From Thermoplasmatota archaeon (GTDB lineage Archaea; Thermoplasmatota; E2; JACPAO01; JAHFTW01): a DNA stretch of 33,241 bases. Location of the stretch: positions 1 through 33,241 of the forward strand of contig JBFGSX010000001.1 of the NCBI GenBank assembly GCA_041566495.1. Direction: 5' to 3'. The notes below the pieces were generated by a model that was not told where the DNA came from, did no database searches, and worked only from the letters and a program-made list of their open reading frames with translations. This document shows, piece by piece, positions 31,030-33,241 of this stretch. A program made the translations under genes and the position numbers. How positions within the stretch are numbered: position 1 is the stretch's first letter; each line of letters opens with the position of its first letter.

Positions 31030-31048
31030 GAGTGGTTCGACTGGCAGG

Positions 31049-31057
31049 CATTATTTG
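31049..31057 (-). promoter_or_regulatory. TATA box (CAAATAATG in gene orientation) of small ORF 30793-31029
   Basis: About 24 nt upstream of ATG 31029. Confidence 0.4.
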
Positions 31058-31189
31058 CGGTTTGTGGCGCGTGCCGTCTCCACCTGGACGAATCTTGGGG
31101 GCACCGGACCCCCGAATACGTAGGGCAATGGAGAGGACACACGGGGGTCCGGGCGCATAGCCCCTCATGGGCCCCGCTGTGGCTTCAGC

Positions 31190-31720
31190 TCATTCGCGAA
31201 GGGGCGGAACCCTGGACATCCACGCAGCCGCCAGCAGCAACCCAAGGGCCAAGGTGGCACACCAGAAGCCAAGCCCAGGCAGTGCCACTTCGGAGAATGA
31301 ACCCGTGGCGTTCACCAGCCCATAGGTCCGGCCACCCCAGAAGGCATGCACCTCGTCGGGCCAGAACAGGCAACTGACGAGCGCAGCGGCCAGGACCCCG
31401 CATTGTAGCCAGAGGTCGCGCCGCCAGACCGCCGGTTCGTAGACGATGCTTCGACCGGCGACCCGGACAAACACCCAAGCCACGATCGCCAACACCAAGG
31501 CCGCCGTGAGGTAGGGCACTTGGGTCGAGGCCGGTGCTTCTGGGCTGAACAAACCGACCGCGACCTGGTCGTAGCGCACACCCTGGCTTTCGTAGCGGAC
31601 CAGCCACCACGGCAGCCAGACGGACGTCAAGAGCAAGAAGAACGCCACCACAGACATGGTGCGGCTGCGCCGTAGCGCATCGGAGGCATCTTCGACAGGC
31701 CGCTCATCTGCTGATGCCAT
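31190..31720 (-). CDS. hypothetical membrane protein (about 4 TM)
   Basis: Helices are MSVVAFFLLLTSVWLPWWLV, YLTAALVLAIVAWVFV, LWLQCGVLAAALVSCLFW and LPGLGFWCATLALGLLLAAAW. ATG at 31720 preferred over TTG at 31726. Confidence 0.6.
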   Translation of the reverse strand: MASADERPVEDASDALRRSRTMSVVAFFLLLTSVWLPWWLVRYESQGVRYDQVAVGLFSPEAPASTQVPYLTAALVLAIVAWVFVRVAGRSIVYEPAVWRRDLWLQCGVLAAALVSCLFWPDEVHAFWGGRTYGLVNATGSFSEVALPGLGFWCATLALGLLLAAAWMSRVPPLRE

Positions 31721-31800
31721 GGGCAATCAGGCGACGAGCCCATCCCGTTTGACCATTGGCCACCAGCAAACCTGAAATCGTTCAAGGACGCGGGGGCGCC

Positions 31801-32424
31801 ATGGAGGGGCTGCAGCATGCACCTGATCGTGACCATGCGTTGCACCTTGAGCAGGCCCGCCGTATGTTGGCACTGCCCATCGAAGTGAGCCGCATGCATT
31901 GGCATCCCTTCGGCGTCTACACCATCCCGATGCCCAAGCGCCGGACGGACGAAGGCACCTGGTCACGCCGCCTGCACATCTGGCACCCCTCCGGGACCCC
32001 TGTTGGGGAGGCCAGTCCATACGGCGTGCACACCCACTCCGGTGTGGCCCAGAGCCATGTCCTCGCGGGGACGCTGCACCACCACCTGTATGCCTTCGAA
32101 GCGGACGAGGCGGGCATCTGGGACCGCGCGGCCTTGGGCGTGCCCGAAGGCCGGGCGACGTTGACGGGGCACGTCTGGGCGCCCACCGATGCCGGCGCCA
32201 CGCACACCTTGCCTGCCAACCAGCCCCACGGGGTGAGCAAGCCCCCGGGCTTTGCCATCAGTCTGTTTGAACAATTGGATGGCCCGACAGAGCAACCGTT
32301 CACCACCTGGCAAAGGACGGATGTACCTGCGGAAGAACTGGTATTGAAGGCGCCCGCGCCGTTGGCACAAGTGTTGCACGAGGCGACGCAGCTCTTGGAA
32401 CAAGCCTTGTTCAATGCAGCCTAG
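31801..32424 (+). CDS. hypothetical soluble protein, possibly cupin-like (His-rich)
   Basis: RLHIWHPSG....SPYGVHTHSGVAQSHVLAGTLHHHLY and THTLPANQPHGV suggest a metal-binding beta-barrel. Start uncertain (TTG at 31756 or ATG at 31801). No confident family assignment. Confidence 0.45.
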   Translation: MEGLQHAPDRDHALHLEQARRMLALPIEVSRMHWHPFGVYTIPMPKRRTDEGTWSRRLHIWHPSGTPVGEASPYGVHTHSGVAQSHVLAGTLHHHLYAFEADEAGIWDRAALGVPEGRATLTGHVWAPTDAGATHTLPANQPHGVSKPPGFAISLFEQLDGPTEQPFTTWQRTDVPAEELVLKAPAPLAQVLHEATQLLEQALFNAA

Positions 32425-32454
32425 ACCAGCAAGACCGGTGCTGCTAGGGTCCGT

Positions 32455-33201
32455 TCAGGTGGCCGCGATCAATGTCTCGGTGCCAAGGAAGGCCAGACCC
32501 GCCCCCACTGCTTCTGGCACCCACATGACGCTGCGGTGATCGGCCTCGTCAATGCGGGTCACGTGGCCCCCCGCAGCGGCGACAATGCGTTCGGATTCCT
32601 CGGGGGGCACGTCTTCGTCTTGAGTGGCGAACACGGCGTGCAGGTCACCGCTCCAATGCCGAGCACACGCCTCGACATCCATCAGGTCGTCGATGCGGAA
32701 GCCTTGGAAGTAGCCCATCAAGTATCTCATGAAGCGGGGCCGGCCAGACTCAGGCAGGCCCATGAAGGCACGGGCCCGGGTAAAGATCGGCAATGTCTCC
32801 GGAGGACCGCCAAGGCACAGGATGCGGGCTTGGCTGTCGGTGCGGGACGCAGCGACGATCGCCGCGGCCGAGCCCAGGCTGTGTGCGACGATGACCGCCG
32901 GTCGCAATTCATGGATAGCCTCTTCCAGGAATGCGGTGAAGGTCGGCAACGCTCCGATGCCTTTGCCGTTCTTGCCGTGTCCAGGCCCGTCAAGCGCGTA
33001 GACCCGATGGCCTGCGTGGGTAAGGGGCTCGATGTAGGCTGCTAGCTGCAAGCCGCGTCCACCCCAACCGTGCATCAAGAAGGCCGGTGGACCATCGGTC
33101 GGGCCGAACGCCACCGCGGCACGGCCAGCAACTTTGACCTCGATTCCTTGCTCTCGCCATGAGGTCTCCCTGGCTGGCTCGGCATGTTCCGTGCGGGCCA
33201 T
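32455..33201 (-). CDS. alpha/beta-fold hydrolase
   Basis: PPAFLMHGWGGRG (oxyanion HG), nucleophile elbow VAHSLGS (GxSxG-type), and late D..H (IDEADHRS) give the typical alpha/beta hydrolase order. ATG at 33201 preferred over TTG at 33207. Confidence 0.85.
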   Translation of the reverse strand: MARTEHAEPARETSWREQGIEVKVAGRAAVAFGPTDGPPAFLMHGWGGRGLQLAAYIEPLTHAGHRVYALDGPGHGKNGKGIGALPTFTAFLEEAIHELRPAVIVAHSLGSAAAIVAASRTDSQARILCLGGPPETLPIFTRARAFMGLPESGRPRFMRYLMGYFQGFRIDDLMDVEACARHWSGDLHAVFATQDEDVPPEESERIVAAAGGHVTRIDEADHRSVMWVPEAVGAGLAFLGTETLIAAT

Positions 33202-33241
33202 GAACAAGCGCGCAGCCCAGCGCTCGCGTAGGGGCGGCGGC

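Noticed and set aside
31030-31057. A TTCGA (31036-31040) between TATA box and ATG of the small ORF, and the shared GAACCACT-N-ATG with the paralog-1 start region
   Set aside because: It is a single occurrence on the other side of the TATA box, and an 8-mer match in one pair could be chance. That is not enough to place this gene in the proposed TTCGA regulon.
31081-31189. Possible small RNA in the 160-bp gap (GGGGG-caccgga-CCCCC hairpin at 31097-31113)
   Set aside because: There is no tRNA-like cloverleaf, no promoter-like A/T box apart from the one assigned to the small ORF, and no T-tract. It is probably just the 3' flank of gene 31190-31720.
1-33241. Searched for CRISPR arrays, rRNA or tRNA genes, transposases, integrases, toxin-antitoxin pairs and long perfect repeats
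   Set aside because: None were seen. All intergenic gaps are about 215 bp or shorter. The only exact repeat of 30 nt or more is the icd 3' duplication. No ORF shows recombinase, nuclease-defence or phage motifs.

Overview
This is a GC-rich, very tightly packed chromosomal segment with 34 predicted protein genes. I saw no rRNA or tRNA genes, CRISPR arrays, transposases or integrases.

The signals point to an archaeon, plausibly Thermoplasmatota/Poseidoniales-like or another euryarchaeon (inference only):
- Isolated A/T-rich TATA-like boxes sit about 24-30 nt upstream of most first-in-unit start codons, implying leaderless or near-leaderless mRNAs.
- At least one internal operon gene has a GGTGA-type Shine-Dalgarno.
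- Genes end in oligo-T/polypyrimidine tracts.
- Five exported proteins share an identical LAGC lipobox.

Recognisable housekeeping genes:
- Central metabolism: fumC, icd, FAH-family hydrolase, acyl-CoA thioesterase.
- Protein and RNA handling: M1 aminopeptidase, FKBP/SlyD-type PPIase, DEDDh exonuclease, two tandem DEAD-box helicases.
- Transport: BASS transporter, CDF metal exporter.
- Other conserved families: DUF72, GGCT-like, ACT, SRPBCC, alpha/beta hydrolase, and a heme-oxygenase-like di-iron candidate.

The standout is three paralogous single-pass membrane proteins within about 9 kb (5273-7303, 7359-9503, 12176-14257, all minus strand). Each joins a large, diverged, unrecognised extracytoplasmic domain to a strongly conserved C-terminal cytoplasmic tandem winged-helix (ArsR-like) module. 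Each has its own promoter carrying TTCGA boxes at an identical 22-nt offset from the TATA box. I read this as a candidate family of membrane-tethered one-component regulators with autoregulatory operators.

Other oddities:
- An in-frame duplicated icd 3' end.
- Five convergent gene pairs with 4-nt stop-stop overlaps.
- A single A/T box centred between two divergent start codons.
- A structured leader on the helicase operon.
- Tandem lipoprotein paralogs and two Asp-box lipoproteins.
- A CDF transporter with Asn replacing the TM5 metal-site His.
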